This document shows positions 28,753 to 38,438 of a stretch of 64,000 bases of DNA, piece by piece. Position 1 is the stretch's first letter. Every line of letters starts with the position of its first letter. A model generated the notes under the pieces. That model had not been told where the DNA came from. It saw only the letters and a program-made list of their open reading frames with translations, and ran no database searches. Source of the stretch: Chloroflexota bacterium (GTDB lineage Bacteria; Chloroflexota; Anaerolineae; Anaerolineales; UBA11579); assembly GCA_023485685.1 (NCBI GenBank), contig JAMCZK010000038.1, positions 1,594 to 65,593 on the forward strand, written 5' to 3'. The translations under genes and the position numbers were made by a program.

Positions 28753-29054
28753 CTTTAATCATTGCTGAGGCATCAATATCGCCAAGCCCCGGATACTTCG
28801 TCCGATTCGTGCTTTAAAGCGTGGTAGCTGTGTACATGTTGTAGCTCTAGCCGATTTGGTAACTATGGTAGCTGTGGTAATTGTGGTGAGTTTGGTTGCT
28901 CATCGGCGGCGGATTCCTCGATCAGCTTGTTCAGCAAATCATTGACGGAAACTTCAACGATTTATCAACGCGGTGGGGGACGGCGAAGTAGTAGATGCCA
29001 CCGGGGCGGAAGAGTTTCATGGCAAAGCCTTTGTTCACCAAGGCGTTCAGGCGC

Positions 29055-29285
29055 CTATGGGTGTTGCTGCGATCCTGGAGGCAGGAGGGACTCTAAGTCA
29101 GTTCCAACAACGGTAGATTTACGGCGGAATATTCGACATTCATCAAACCCCCACGCCATCAGTAAATGGGGATGCCTGCGTAAGTAGCCACATATTCGTC
29201 TTATTTTTGTAAACGGGGGTTCGTAATAACTTCTTCCGTGCAATATTCGCTGGAACTCAGCAACCTCGTAGGGTTGTATATGCAT
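29055..29285 (-). CDS. Possible small third gene of the RelA/SpoT operon
   Basis: ATG 3 nt after the synthetase stop; no recognised motif. Confidence 0.3.
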   Translation of the reverse strand: MHIQPYEVAEFQRILHGRSYYEPPFTKIRRICGYLRRHPHLLMAWGFDECRIFRRKSTVVGTDLESLLPPGSQQHP

Positions 29286-29288
29286 ATG

Positions 29289-29909
29289 TTATTTGTTTAA
29301 TTCAGTATAAAGGTCGCTAAAAAAAACGTCGGCGCCCCAAGCTTGAGCTGCAGTAAATGCTACACGGCGTTGTTGATCCTTTGTCAACGGATTCGCTGGC
29401 TTGTAACCTAAATCATGATCAGCCAGCGCCCAGGCATGCTGAAACAAGGTTTTTACTTGCAACTCAAAAAACCTCGGACAATCATCACGATCTATTTCTT
29501 TATCAAACACATCCTCGGGAATGAACAAAATAAAATGCAATCCCTCATAGCCAAATTCAGATGGCGTGTCAGGAACTATTGTTTTCTCTTCAATAGGACC
29601 AAAATATTTCTTTACAAATTCCTGTAGTGGCTCAATATCAGACAAGTAATATGCAACAATGCGAGCCCCCAATTGATCTTGGATTTGATTCAGCGGATCA
29701 GAGTATTTAGGCTTTCCCTCTTCAATTTTTTTGGCTTTCTCTAAAAATGAATCTAGTGCCTTAGGTCTAGCCACCACTTTGTCAATCCTAGGTAACTTTT
29801 CATCAGTAACAAGATCGAGAAGGTAACTTTCAAGTCTTTTGGCAAGGGGAATGAGACATTTCTCCAGTCTTTGTTCATACGATTCTTGTAAATTTCTGCT
29901 TTTATTCAT
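29289..29909 (-). CDS. RelA/SpoT-domain small alarmone synthetase-like nucleotidyltransferase
   Basis: RPKALDSFLEK, IQDQLGARIV, FGYEGLHF, ELQVKTLFQHAWA..HDLGYK. Confidence 0.9.
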   Translation of the reverse strand: MNKSRNLQESYEQRLEKCLIPLAKRLESYLLDLVTDEKLPRIDKVVARPKALDSFLEKAKKIEEGKPKYSDPLNQIQDQLGARIVAYYLSDIEPLQEFVKKYFGPIEEKTIVPDTPSEFGYEGLHFILFIPEDVFDKEIDRDDCPRFFELQVKTLFQHAWALADHDLGYKPANPLTKDQQRRVAFTAAQAWGADVFFSDLYTELNK

Positions 29910-30925
29910 TTACGACCCCTGACTCTTTCGTCAACAATTTTCCCTTCTGTTGCAAACCTGACCACACCTTCGTTTTCATTAATTGTAGTTTTCTCAAATA
30001 CGTCCTCGAACTGGTCTGATGGCGCGATCATCATTGCGCCGGTATCTAATTCAACACTGGCGAACGACGCGTGTCTTCGAAATTCTTCTGCATCAATAGC
30101 AAATACATCGCTTGCAGTTCTTTCCCCTGGCAATACCGAGAGAATAGATTCCCGAGCGTTTTGCGGCAGATTAAATCTTTGAAAAAGTTGATTTATAGAA
30201 AAGCGTTGACCATCTAAAGCCTGAACAAAACGGGCAAAGGCTACTAAATCGTGCTTGACGTCTTTATCTTGAGAAATACCACTAGCACTTCTGATTGCCC
30301 GTGCAATGCGTCTAGTTCCTGCTTGAGCAGTTGTGAAAAAGTCGGATGCTAAAAAATCTTTTATCCAATAATAGGCTATTTGCTGATTAGATGCGTTTAC
30401 TTGTTTATCGGTCGCACTCCCATTCCAGAAATCTGCGTCAAGAGACCTGCCCAAATAAAGTGCAGCTTTATATGACTGGGCGTTCTTCATGAATATTCGC
30501 TCTAAGAAATCAATGCGCAACCCTCCCTTTTGGGCCTCAGCTAGAATTCCCACATCTGCGGGAAATCTTGATAAAACAAATTTTCTCTGTCCTGCCTCTT
30601 GCCCTAAGATAAGAAATAATAAGCCTAATCCGGACTTATTGGTAGTAACATCTCTTAGTCTGTGCGCTATAAATCTCCCTGCCCTAACACCAGGGCTTCG
30701 GAAATAATTAATAAAATCAGCCCTCACTACACTATGTTGAATCGCTGGGTCTGTAGTTACAAATCTAATCGGGATTTCACATTCGACCTCAGATCCCTCA
30801 TAAATCCCATTTAGCATTTCAAAAAGGTGGCCCCGAAGAGCTAGCATCACGCCTAACGCTTGGTCCGGATTCTCAACGTGTTTTCCTGGTGACACTAAGA
30901 AACTACAGATTGAATTAATCGCCAT
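29906..30925 (-). CDS. Hypothetical protein, NA37/YejK (nucleoid-associated)-like
   Basis: 339 aa; IAHRL..SGLGLLFL, YKAALY, DKQ..AYYWIKDFL pattern resembling NdpA/YejK; ATGA-coupled to synthetase. Confidence 0.55.
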   Translation of the reverse strand: MAINSICSFLVSPGKHVENPDQALGVMLALRGHLFEMLNGIYEGSEVECEIPIRFVTTDPAIQHSVVRADFINYFRSPGVRAGRFIAHRLRDVTTNKSGLGLLFLILGQEAGQRKFVLSRFPADVGILAEAQKGGLRIDFLERIFMKNAQSYKAALYLGRSLDADFWNGSATDKQVNASNQQIAYYWIKDFLASDFFTTAQAGTRRIARAIRSASGISQDKDVKHDLVAFARFVQALDGQRFSINQLFQRFNLPQNARESILSVLPGERTASDVFAIDAEEFRRHASFASVELDTGAMMIAPSDQFEDVFEKTTINENEGVVRFATEGKIVDERVRGRK

Positions 30926-31149
30926 TCTTTCCTCTCCTACGGCTTAAATCACATTTCAAGTTTCGCTAAGTATTATAAAGCGTAGACAGTTCTGCGGCAA
31001 CGTTCTTAATCTTAATCTTCTTTTGCTGCTGCTTTGCCCTTCACCGCCCACGCCCTCGCCACCAACCGCAGCCTGCCATCCGCTTCCAGCCGGCAGCCGC
31101 CTGCGCCCGGCTTCCCGTTCGGCAGCCGGCAACCGCTTGTTTCTCCGGC

Positions 31150-31266
31150 GGCAAAAGGAAGCAAGACACGAAAGCACCGGTCCCCCGCCGCCTTGAACGC
31201 TTGCCAGTAATCGTCGAAATCGCGGAAGGCAGATTTTCCAAGCGCGAGCTCCTGGGCATCACCCAC
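31150..31266 (-). pseudogene. Probable relic of a SAM-methyltransferase C-terminus at the island edge
   Basis: FRDFDDYWQAF segment followed by degenerate repeat sequence. Confidence 0.3.
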
Positions 31267-31273
31267 GGACGCG

Positions 31274-31302
31274 TTGACAAGTCACCCGCCATGTGCTAAG
31301 AT
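31274..31302 (+). promoter_or_regulatory. Sigma70 promoter of marR operon
   Basis: TTGACA-N17-TAAGAT with extended TG. Confidence 0.75.
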
Positions 31303-31322
31303 ATTTCCAATTTGGAAATATC
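31300..31322. promoter_or_regulatory. Putative MarR operator 1
   Basis: Perfect 11-1-11 palindrome GATATTTCCAA-T-TTGGAAATATC overlapping the -10. Confidence 0.8.
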
Positions 31323-31337
31323 TTAACTGGAGCTGGG

Positions 31338-31844
31338 ATGACGGGTTCTGCTCTGAAACTTTCCGCTGAAGCCACCGGCGAGTTTATCCGGCAGCTGATT
31401 AGCATTAAACCTCGCTTGAAATTAATGCTCCCCGATGACCTGGCGCGGCTCAAGCATCGCCTCAGGGAGTTACATCCTGAAGGCGGTGTTAAGAAGGCAG
31501 CCGACTATGATCTCTTTTACCGCGTGGGCATAGTTCTCTCAGGGCAGCAAGAACCGATGACCATGAGTGAGCTGAGCGAAGCCTTGTCGGTCCCCTTTAG
31601 TTCGACTACCCGGATGGTGGAATGGCTGATTGAAAGTGGCTACGTTAAGCGCCTCCCTGATCCTGAGGATGGCCGCATCGTCCGCGTGAGCTTAACCAAA
31701 GCCGGCCAGGCGCTGTATCAAACCATCAATGATTTTCTGACTCGGCGCCTCAAGCAGATACTTTCTAAATTTACTCCCGCGGAGCGGGAAAACCTGATTG
31801 CCCTGTTGCGAAAAGGAATGGACATCCTAAAAGAACTGGAATAG
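31338..31844 (+). CDS. MarR-family transcriptional regulator
   Basis: MTMSELSEAL..STTRMVEWL..GYVKR..DPEDGR..VSLTKAG; start chosen after GGAG RBS. Confidence 0.92.
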   Translation: MTGSALKLSAEATGEFIRQLISIKPRLKLMLPDDLARLKHRLRELHPEGGVKKAADYDLFYRVGIVLSGQQEPMTMSELSEALSVPFSSTTRMVEWLIESGYVKRLPDPEDGRIVRVSLTKAGQALYQTINDFLTRRLKQILSKFTPAERENLIALLRKGMDILKELE

Positions 31845-31866
31845 TTCCCTCTTTTTTTAGGTATTT

Positions 31867-31883
31867 ATTTCCATTTTGGAAAT
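31867..31883. promoter_or_regulatory. Putative MarR operator 2
   Basis: ATTTCCA-TTT-TGGAAAT, same core as 31300-31322. Confidence 0.7.
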
Positions 31884-31901
31884 TTCTTCGATGGAGCTGA
31901 G

Positions 31902-33481
31902 ATGAATTCGACTAAATTGCCTTCCCGCCTGAAAACAATCGGCCTGATGGCTGGGCTGATGATTGGGGTGTTTCTAACGCTCATGGATCAGACTGTGGTG
32001 AGCATCGCCCTGCCTTCAATTGCCGGGCAGTTAAATGGACTCAGCCTGTATGCCTGGGTTTTTTCAGGCTACATGCTGGCGCAGACCGCGTTCCTGACCA
32101 TTTTCGGAAAGCTTTCCGACCTTTATGGCCGCAGGCTTATGTTTCTTATAGGTGTGGGCCTGTTCATGCTGGGTTCAATTCTTTGCGGGCAAGCTCAGAC
32201 AATGGAGCAGCTGATCATTTTCCGGGCGCTGCAAGGAGTCGGGGGGGCCGGGCTAATGCCCATTGCTCTTGCCATCCTGGGTTTCCATTATGGACCCAGG
32301 GAACGGGCAAGACTTCAAGGCATTTTGGGAAGCGCAGCGGGGCTGGCGGTCGTGGTCGGTCCCACTGTGGGTTCGCTTGTCGTGGAAAATTTCTCCTGGC
32401 GCTGGGTGTTCTACATCAACCTGCCTTTAGGCATTCTTTCAGCGGTACTTGTGGTCCTGTTCCTGCGCGAATCCCGCGACACGGCGAGAACTCCATCAAT
32501 AGATTATTCGGGTGCAATTACCCTGCTGGGATGGGTAGGTTCATTGATGATCGCCTTTTTCTTCAGTCGCGACTTACCCTGGAGTTCACCTCAGATCTTG
32601 GGTCTGCTGGGCGCCTTTATATTATTTTTTGTGCTCTTCCTCTTCAACGAGTCCCGCGCTCGAGAACCCATTCTGCCCTTGCACATCTTTGCCCACCCGA
32701 CCGTGGCTGCCGCCAGCGCCGTCGCATTTGTCCGGGCAGTCGCCTTTTATGCACTAATCATCTACGTACCCCTTTTAGTGCAAGGGGTCCTTGGAGGCAC
32801 TCCCGAGAACGCTCGCAATGCACTAATCGCTTTCGCCGTCCCGGTTATTTTTGGTGCGGTCATCGCCGGGTTTCTTGTGGCCCGCAACATCAGTTATCGC
32901 ACGTTGTTAATGGTGGGCTTAGCGCTTTTCGGAGTAGGTCTTTGGCTGGTGAGCCAGCTGGGCAGGAACTCCGATCAAGGTGTGCTTCTGCGTGACCTGG
33001 TTCTAGCAGGGTTCGGCGTGGGCATAACTCAGGTAACCATCGTCCTGGCGCTTCAAAATTCAGTTAAACGTGAACACATGGGCACAGCCTCTTCGCTGTC
33101 CCAGTTTCTTACCAACCTGGCAGGAACAGTGGGCGTAGGTTTGCTCGGTTTTTATCAGTCCAACCTGTTGATTAATCGAGTGAGCCACATCGTTACTTCG
33201 GCGACCTTGGAACAACTTTCGCCGCAGGCAGCACAAGTGCTCAATGATGCCGCCGCTTTGGGACGCGTGTTTACCAGCCCTGCAGCTGCAGCCCAGCTTC
33301 CTTCCCAGTTGTTGGACACACTTCGGGGAGCGCTGGAAAATTCCCTGACCAGTGTTTTTCAAGTAGGTTTGTTCCTGACAGCCATTGCGCTTTTTGCCAG
33401 CCTGTTCATGCAGGTTCAGCAAGCGAAAAGGCAAACGAAGCAGCGCCGGGCGTGGCTTCTGATCTCGGTGAGCGGACTTAG
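31902..33481 (+). CDS. DHA2 (EmrB/QacA) MFS efflux transporter; C-terminus probably frameshifted near 33428
   Basis: MDQTVVSIALPSI, GKLSDLYGRR, RALQGVGG, WRWVFYINLP; restoring one A gives a stop at 33481, 9 nt before next ATG. Confidence 0.9.
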
Positions 33482-33490
33482 TCATCTTCC

Positions 33491-34064
33491 ATGCCAGCGA
33501 AAACGGGCTCATGGTTGTATAGAACGAGAGGTCTCTATCCGTTCCTCTCAATCCTGGCCATCCTGCTCATTAAATTTGTGACCTCGAGCCGTATCAGCCC
33601 AGTCATCTATCTGGCGTCGCTTATTTTGGCGCTTTGCCTCCTGGGCTTCAGGGTTTGGGCGGGCAGGCTTCATGGAAATCGCTGCCCGATCCGGAGAAAA
33701 CTATAAGCACACATTAGTTACAGCCGGGCCTTACGCCTATGTTCGAAACCCTATGTATTTGGCGGCCATGTTGTTAGGCTTGCTTTATGTGGTCATATCC
33801 GGGGTGTGGTATTCACTTTTTATCTGGATCCTTGGTTACGTTTTCACCTACTCCCAGGTCATTAAGTATGAGGAGGAAGACCTGCACCTGAAGTTTGGCC
33901 GAAAGTATGAGGAATATCGTTCAAAGGTTCCAAGGTTGATCCCGGCGCTGAGAGCATACGATGACGGGATCGGGGAATTCAAATTAGGAAGTGAGACTTT
34001 GCGCAATGCGCTTGCTGAAATGATTATTCTTTCCGCGTTCTGGTTTCTTTACTGGTGGCTCTAA
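33491..34064 (+). CDS. ICMT/PEMT-family membrane methyltransferase (extra G near 33661)
   Basis: FRVWA(A)G...LVTAGPYAYVRNPMY...EEEDL..KFGRKYEEY...VPRLIP. Confidence 0.8.
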
Positions 34065-34092
34065 TGCAGCACACGGTAGCAAGTGGGCATCG

Positions 34093-34734
34093 ATGAGACT
34101 GCCCCGCATACGAGCTGAAGCTCTGCCCTATCTCGCTGGGCTGGGGCTGTTAAGCCTCGTCATGTTATTGATGCGATCCTGGTTCAGTCTTCCAGCTCTC
34201 GGACTGCTTCTTTTCGTGGCCTTCTTCTTTCGTGATCCCGACCGGCAAGTGAGGCCTTCATTGGACGCAATCCTGGCTCCCGCGGATGGTCGGATAGCTG
34301 ACGTTAGCGAGGTCTTTGAAGCGCAGTTCCTAAAGCAGACCGCGGTCCGGGTGGGCATATTTCTTTCCTTATTCGATGTGCACATCAATCGTAGCCCGGT
34401 GGATGGTCGCGTAATCTATCTTAAGTACCAGAGGGGAAAGTTCAGGCCGGCATTCAGGGCCCCGGCTACCCTCGAAAACGAACGAAATCTTGTCGGCTTG
34501 GAAGGGCAGCGCGGAAAGGTATTGGTGGTTCAGATCGCCGGTATTCTGGCGAGGCGAATTGAGTGCCAGGTGATCGAAGGGGACGTTCTGGAGGCTGGGC
34601 AGAGATTTGGCATGATTCGTTTCGGATCGCGCACAGAACTATTCGTTCCTGAAAAAATGATCGAAGTGCTGGTAAATCCGGGCGATTATGTCAAGGCTGG
34701 TGAAACCGTTGTGGGGAGATGGAAATCCGTATGA
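34093..34734 (+). CDS. psd: Phosphatidylserine decarboxylase proenzyme
   Basis: FFRDPDR, APADG, IFLSLFDVHINRSP, ENERN, RFGSRT self-cleavage site. Confidence 0.93.
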   Translation: MRLPRIRAEALPYLAGLGLLSLVMLLMRSWFSLPALGLLLFVAFFFRDPDRQVRPSLDAILAPADGRIADVSEVFEAQFLKQTAVRVGIFLSLFDVHINRSPVDGRVIYLKYQRGKFRPAFRAPATLENERNLVGLEGQRGKVLVVQIAGILARRIECQVIEGDVLEAGQRFGMIRFGSRTELFVPEKMIEVLVNPGDYVKAGETVVGRWKSV

Positions 34735-35435
34735 ACCGGACATGGATCCCTAATTTAATTACCTTGGGCAACCTGGCGGCAGGCTTCATTTCCGTATTGT
34801 TTACCCTCCACGCCCAATTCGAAATCGCCGCCCTGGTCATTTTAATTGCCTGCGTTTTAGACGGTCTGGATGGAAGAATTGCCAGGTGGCTCGGCGCTAG
34901 CAATCCAATGGGAGCGGAACTGGACTCCCTGGCCGATGTAATTTCCTTCGGCGTGGCTCCCGGATTCCTGTTGTACGCCCTCGATCTACGCAATCTTGGC
35001 CTTTTAGGAGCTTTGCTCTCAGTACTTTATGTGTTAAGCGCAGCCTTCCGACTGGCACGCTTCAATCTCGGGACCATTCCCGGCTACTTCGTGGGGTTGC
35101 CAAGTACCGTGGCGGGAGGAATTACCGCTTCCTTCGTTTTGTATGGTGCAAAGCTTCAAACCCCGTTCTATCCTCTGCTATCTTTGTTGCTGGCCGTTCT
35201 GATGGTAAGCCAATTGCCCTACAGGGACTTCAAACGTATCCACTGGTCTGAACTGCGTCTCTCCAAGTTGTTCCTGGCCGTAACCCTTGCTTCCATCTTT
35301 GCCCTGATCAACCCGCGCAAATTGATCTTCTTGCCACTTACGATCTATCTGTTATATGGACCTAAAGACCATCTGATGGCGGCACATAAGAAGGTGGACA
35401 GGTCCACAGAAATGACTGGCCAAACAAGGAGCTGA
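34731..35435 (+). CDS. pssA: CDP-diacylglycerol--serine O-phosphatidyltransferase
   Basis: PNLITLGNL, DGLDGRIAR..GAELDSLADVISFGVAP, RLARFN, FVGLP. Confidence 0.92.
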   Translation: MNRTWIPNLITLGNLAAGFISVLFTLHAQFEIAALVILIACVLDGLDGRIARWLGASNPMGAELDSLADVISFGVAPGFLLYALDLRNLGLLGALLSVLYVLSAAFRLARFNLGTIPGYFVGLPSTVAGGITASFVLYGAKLQTPFYPLLSLLLAVLMVSQLPYRDFKRIHWSELRLSKLFLAVTLASIFALINPRKLIFLPLTIYLLYGPKDHLMAAHKKVDRSTEMTGQTRS

Positions 35436-35438
35436 ATC

Positions 35439-36368
35439 ATGGATTTGTTATCGCACACCCTGATGGGAAGCCTGGTGGCTTCGATAGGGCTGCAAAAAAA
35501 ATACGGCGCGGTTGCCTCAGCAACGATGATCGCCGCCAACCTCCTGCCGGATATTGATGGCACCGCGATGGCCCTGGGACCGAAGTATTTCTTTCTGTAT
35601 CACCGTCACCCTTTGACCCATTCGCTGGGCGGGGCGTTTGTGCTGTCAGCAGCACTCACGGCTGTTGTTTCCCTCGCCACTTCATTTAAGCGACCGGGTT
35701 TAGTCTTCCTCATCTCCTTTATTGGCGTTGTTTTACATCTCCTTAGTGACCTCTTGACTCCATGGCCAATACCCATCCTATGGCCCTTCTCAGCCAGGAC
35801 GTATTCATTCGATTTGATCAATTTCCTTGATCCGTTCCTTCTGGCTTTGCTGGTAGGAAGTTTCTCATCGGTTCGCCACTGGCCCGCACGAGGGTTGTTG
35901 TTCGGAATACTTACGATCGCTATTGCCCTTGGATATCTGGGTTTCAGACTATACGGCCAGGGGACGGCCTTAAATATCGTTAGGGAAAGGTCTTCGAGCC
36001 AGGAGATTACGACCCTGCCCCATGGGTTGAGCCTCACAAATTGGGATGTAATAACGCGCGAGCAGCAGGGCTATGCTCTCTATATAGTCGACGCCCTCCG
36101 AAGGGATATGCAGGGTCCACAGATTTTTCATTCTGTTTCGGACGAACGCATCCCAATCATTGCCGGCAAGTCAGACTTGGTTCAAGCATTTCTCAAGAGG
36201 GCCCGATTCCCGCTTGTTCGCACTACTGAAATGGGCACTCTCACCACGATAGAGTGGCTGGATGTCCACCTTATTACAAGCGGTGGGGCCATAAACGGAG
36301 TGAAAGTGACTATCAATGATCAAGGCGAGATTGTCGAAGAAAAGTTTATATTCAACTCCCGGCGTTAA
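35439..36368 (+). CDS. YdjM-like membrane-bound metal-dependent hydrolase
   Basis: MDLLSH, NLLPDID, HRHPLTHSL, HLLSDLLT..P.LWPF. Confidence 0.85.
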   Translation: MDLLSHTLMGSLVASIGLQKKYGAVASATMIAANLLPDIDGTAMALGPKYFFLYHRHPLTHSLGGAFVLSAALTAVVSLATSFKRPGLVFLISFIGVVLHLLSDLLTPWPIPILWPFSARTYSFDLINFLDPFLLALLVGSFSSVRHWPARGLLFGILTIAIALGYLGFRLYGQGTALNIVRERSSSQEITTLPHGLSLTNWDVITREQQGYALYIVDALRRDMQGPQIFHSVSDERIPIIAGKSDLVQAFLKRARFPLVRTTEMGTLTTIEWLDVHLITSGGAINGVKVTINDQGEIVEEKFIFNSRR

Positions 36369-36529
36369 TAGGAACACCTCCAGCGAAAGCTGCAGCGTTC
36401 AGGTGCCTTTGCTTTGGCACTCTGACTTCCTTGACACGGCGCCCCAATCCCACATTTCCCCGCCAAAGCCATCCGATAATATCTGCCAGCAATCTTGAAC
36501 CTTAAAATCGGCTTTGGCTGCGGCCCACC

Positions 36530-36750
36530 CCCAAAACCTTGCCCTGACCCTGAGCGCAGCGAAGGGGAAATGGGGACATTATTTTTCTTCTCTCTCACCA
36601 AAGCTCGCCGCTGCAGCGGCGAGCGATTCGAAGGGCAAATCTGGAATCTTCAGAAAGCGTCATCTTTATGCGAGGGGGGATTGGGGGGCATGCAATGTCC
36701 CCCCAACGGGGAGCCTGTCCCGAGCGAGCCGCCTCGCGGCGACGAGGGAT
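36530..36750. repeat. ccctgagcgNagcgaaggg-type palindromic modules
   Basis: gccctgaccctgagcgcagcgaaggggaa and ggagcctgtcccgagcgagcc...ggcgacgaggg, also seen at 21827-21905. Confidence 0.7.
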
Positions 36751-36859
36751 CCGGGCCAGCGGCCCCCAAGGATAAAATGGGCAACCACCCCACATTCCTC
36801 AATGTGCCTTGTCTCCAGCAATCCCACCTCGGAGACTCGACTCTTGTCGATTGTCTTCC

Positions 36860-36888
36860 TTGACATCAGAATTAACCGTAATTACAAT
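36860..36888 (+). promoter_or_regulatory. Sigma70 promoter of TA operon
   Basis: TTGACA-N17-TACAAT. Confidence 0.75.
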
Positions 36889-36908
36889 GTACCTACTTTG
36901 AGGTGATC

Positions 36909-37163
36909 ATGCCGGTGAAAACAAAAGTCATCAAAATAGGCAACTCCAAAGGAGTTCGCATTCCCAAAGCCCTCCTCGAGCAGGCCAACCTGGGCGATGA
37001 GGTCGAGATGGAGGTGCAGGAAGGCAAACTCATAATGAGGAACGTGAAAAAACCTCGCGAAGGTTGGGAGGAGGACTTTGCCCGCATGGCGGAAGAAGAC
37101 AAAGAGATTTTGGACATTACTTCCCTTTCCAATGAATGGGACGATACGGATTGGGAATGGTGA
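36909..37163 (+). CDS. AbrB/MazE-family antitoxin
   Basis: KIGNSKGVRIPKALLEQ..PREGWEEDF..acidic Trp-rich tail. Confidence 0.9.
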   Translation: MPVKTKVIKIGNSKGVRIPKALLEQANLGDEVEMEVQEGKLIMRNVKKPREGWEEDFARMAEEDKEILDITSLSNEWDDTDWEW

Positions 37164-37480
37164 CCAAACGCTCGGAAGTCTATCTTGTCAGACTAGATCC
37201 AACTCAGGGACACGAGATGAAAAAAACGCGTCCATGTCTTGTAATTTCGCCGGACGTAATGAACCGCAATTTCAAAACCGTCATCATTGCTCCTCTAACC
37301 ACAAAAAGCCACTCCCAGGTAACCCGCATTCCATGTAAATTCGAAGGGAGACCTGGCTGGGTTGTGCTTGATCAGATTCGCGCCGTAGACAAGAACCGCT
37401 TGGTCAAGTTCTTGCGCGTCATGGATGAAACGACAAACCAAAAAGTATTGCAGGCATTGGGCGAAATGTTCGCGCCATAG
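37157..37480 (+). CDS. MazF/PemK endoribonuclease toxin
   Basis: LDPTQGHEMKKTRPCLVISPD..APLTT..DQIRAVDKNRL. Confidence 0.92.
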   Translation: MVTKRSEVYLVRLDPTQGHEMKKTRPCLVISPDVMNRNFKTVIIAPLTTKSHSQVTRIPCKFEGRPGWVVLDQIRAVDKNRLVKFLRVMDETTNQKVLQALGEMFAP

Positions 37481-37567
37481 GCGTTTTCCCCGGCTCCGAC
37501 TTCCCTCCCGTTGTTTGCGGGGCCTGCGTCCCGCTCTGATTCGCCTTTGATTTCCAGGAGGTTGAAA

Positions 37568-38332
37568 ATGGCAGAGACCGCATCAAAACAATTCAAGGAC
37601 AAGGTCGCCCTGGTTACCGGCGGCGCTTCCGGGATCGGCGAAGCCTGCGCCCTCACCTTCGCGCGGAGCGGCGCTAAAGTGGCCGTCGTGGATCTGAACG
37701 ATGAGCTCGGCGAAAAAACCGCGGCCGCCGCCAGGCGGGCGGGAGCGGACGCCATCTACCTGCGCGTCGACGTGTCCGACCCGGCCGCGGTCGAGAAGAT
37801 GGTGGCGGATGCCGTAAAGGCCTTCGGCCGCGTGGATATCGCCGTGAACAACGCCGGCATCGGCGGAGAGTCGAATCCCACCGGAGCGTACAGCATCGAA
37901 GGCTGGCGCAAAGTGATCGACATCAACCTGAATGGCGTGTTCTACTGCATGCGCTACCAGATTCCCCAAATGCTCAAGCAGGGCAGCGGAGTGATCGTGA
38001 ATATGACCTCCATTCTGGGGACGGTGGGCTTTGCCAATTCCGCCGCCTATGTCGCCGCCAAACACGGCATCCTTGGGCTCACCAAGACCGCCGCGCTGGA
38101 GTATGCCAAGCAGGGCATCCGCATCAACTCGGTGGGGCCGGGATTCATCAAGACCCCGCTGCTGGATTCCCTCGACGAGCAAACCCAGGCTTACCTCAGC
38201 GGACTCCATGCCATGGGGCGCATGGGCGAAGCGCAGGAGGTCGCCGACCTGGTCGCCTATCTCTGCTCGGACCAGGCCTCCTTCCTGACCGGCGGCTATT
38301 ACCTCGTGGATGGTGGATACACCGCGCAATAA
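37568..38332 (+). CDS. Short-chain dehydrogenase/reductase
   Basis: TGGASGIG, NNAG, YVAAK, PGFIKT. Confidence 0.93.
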   Translation: MAETASKQFKDKVALVTGGASGIGEACALTFARSGAKVAVVDLNDELGEKTAAAARRAGADAIYLRVDVSDPAAVEKMVADAVKAFGRVDIAVNNAGIGGESNPTGAYSIEGWRKVIDINLNGVFYCMRYQIPQMLKQGSGVIVNMTSILGTVGFANSAAYVAAKHGILGLTKTAALEYAKQGIRINSVGPGFIKTPLLDSLDEQTQAYLSGLHAMGRMGEAQEVADLVAYLCSDQASFLTGGYYLVDGGYTAQ

Positions 38333-38438
38333 TTTCAGGGTGAAGCCCTCGCACTTTCGTTAGCCGCCCTTCCGCGCGCGGCTACGATGCTAGAATCAGG
38401 GTGACGATCCGCGCCGTGTTTTCAGGAGGACTCGGTAT

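Noticed and set aside
26878-31266. Prophage or integrative element
   Set aside because: No integrase, structural genes, att repeats or adjacent tRNA
36365-36906. Overlapping ORFs upstream of the mazE-like gene
   Set aside because: Repeat-derived intergenic DNA with no protein motifs
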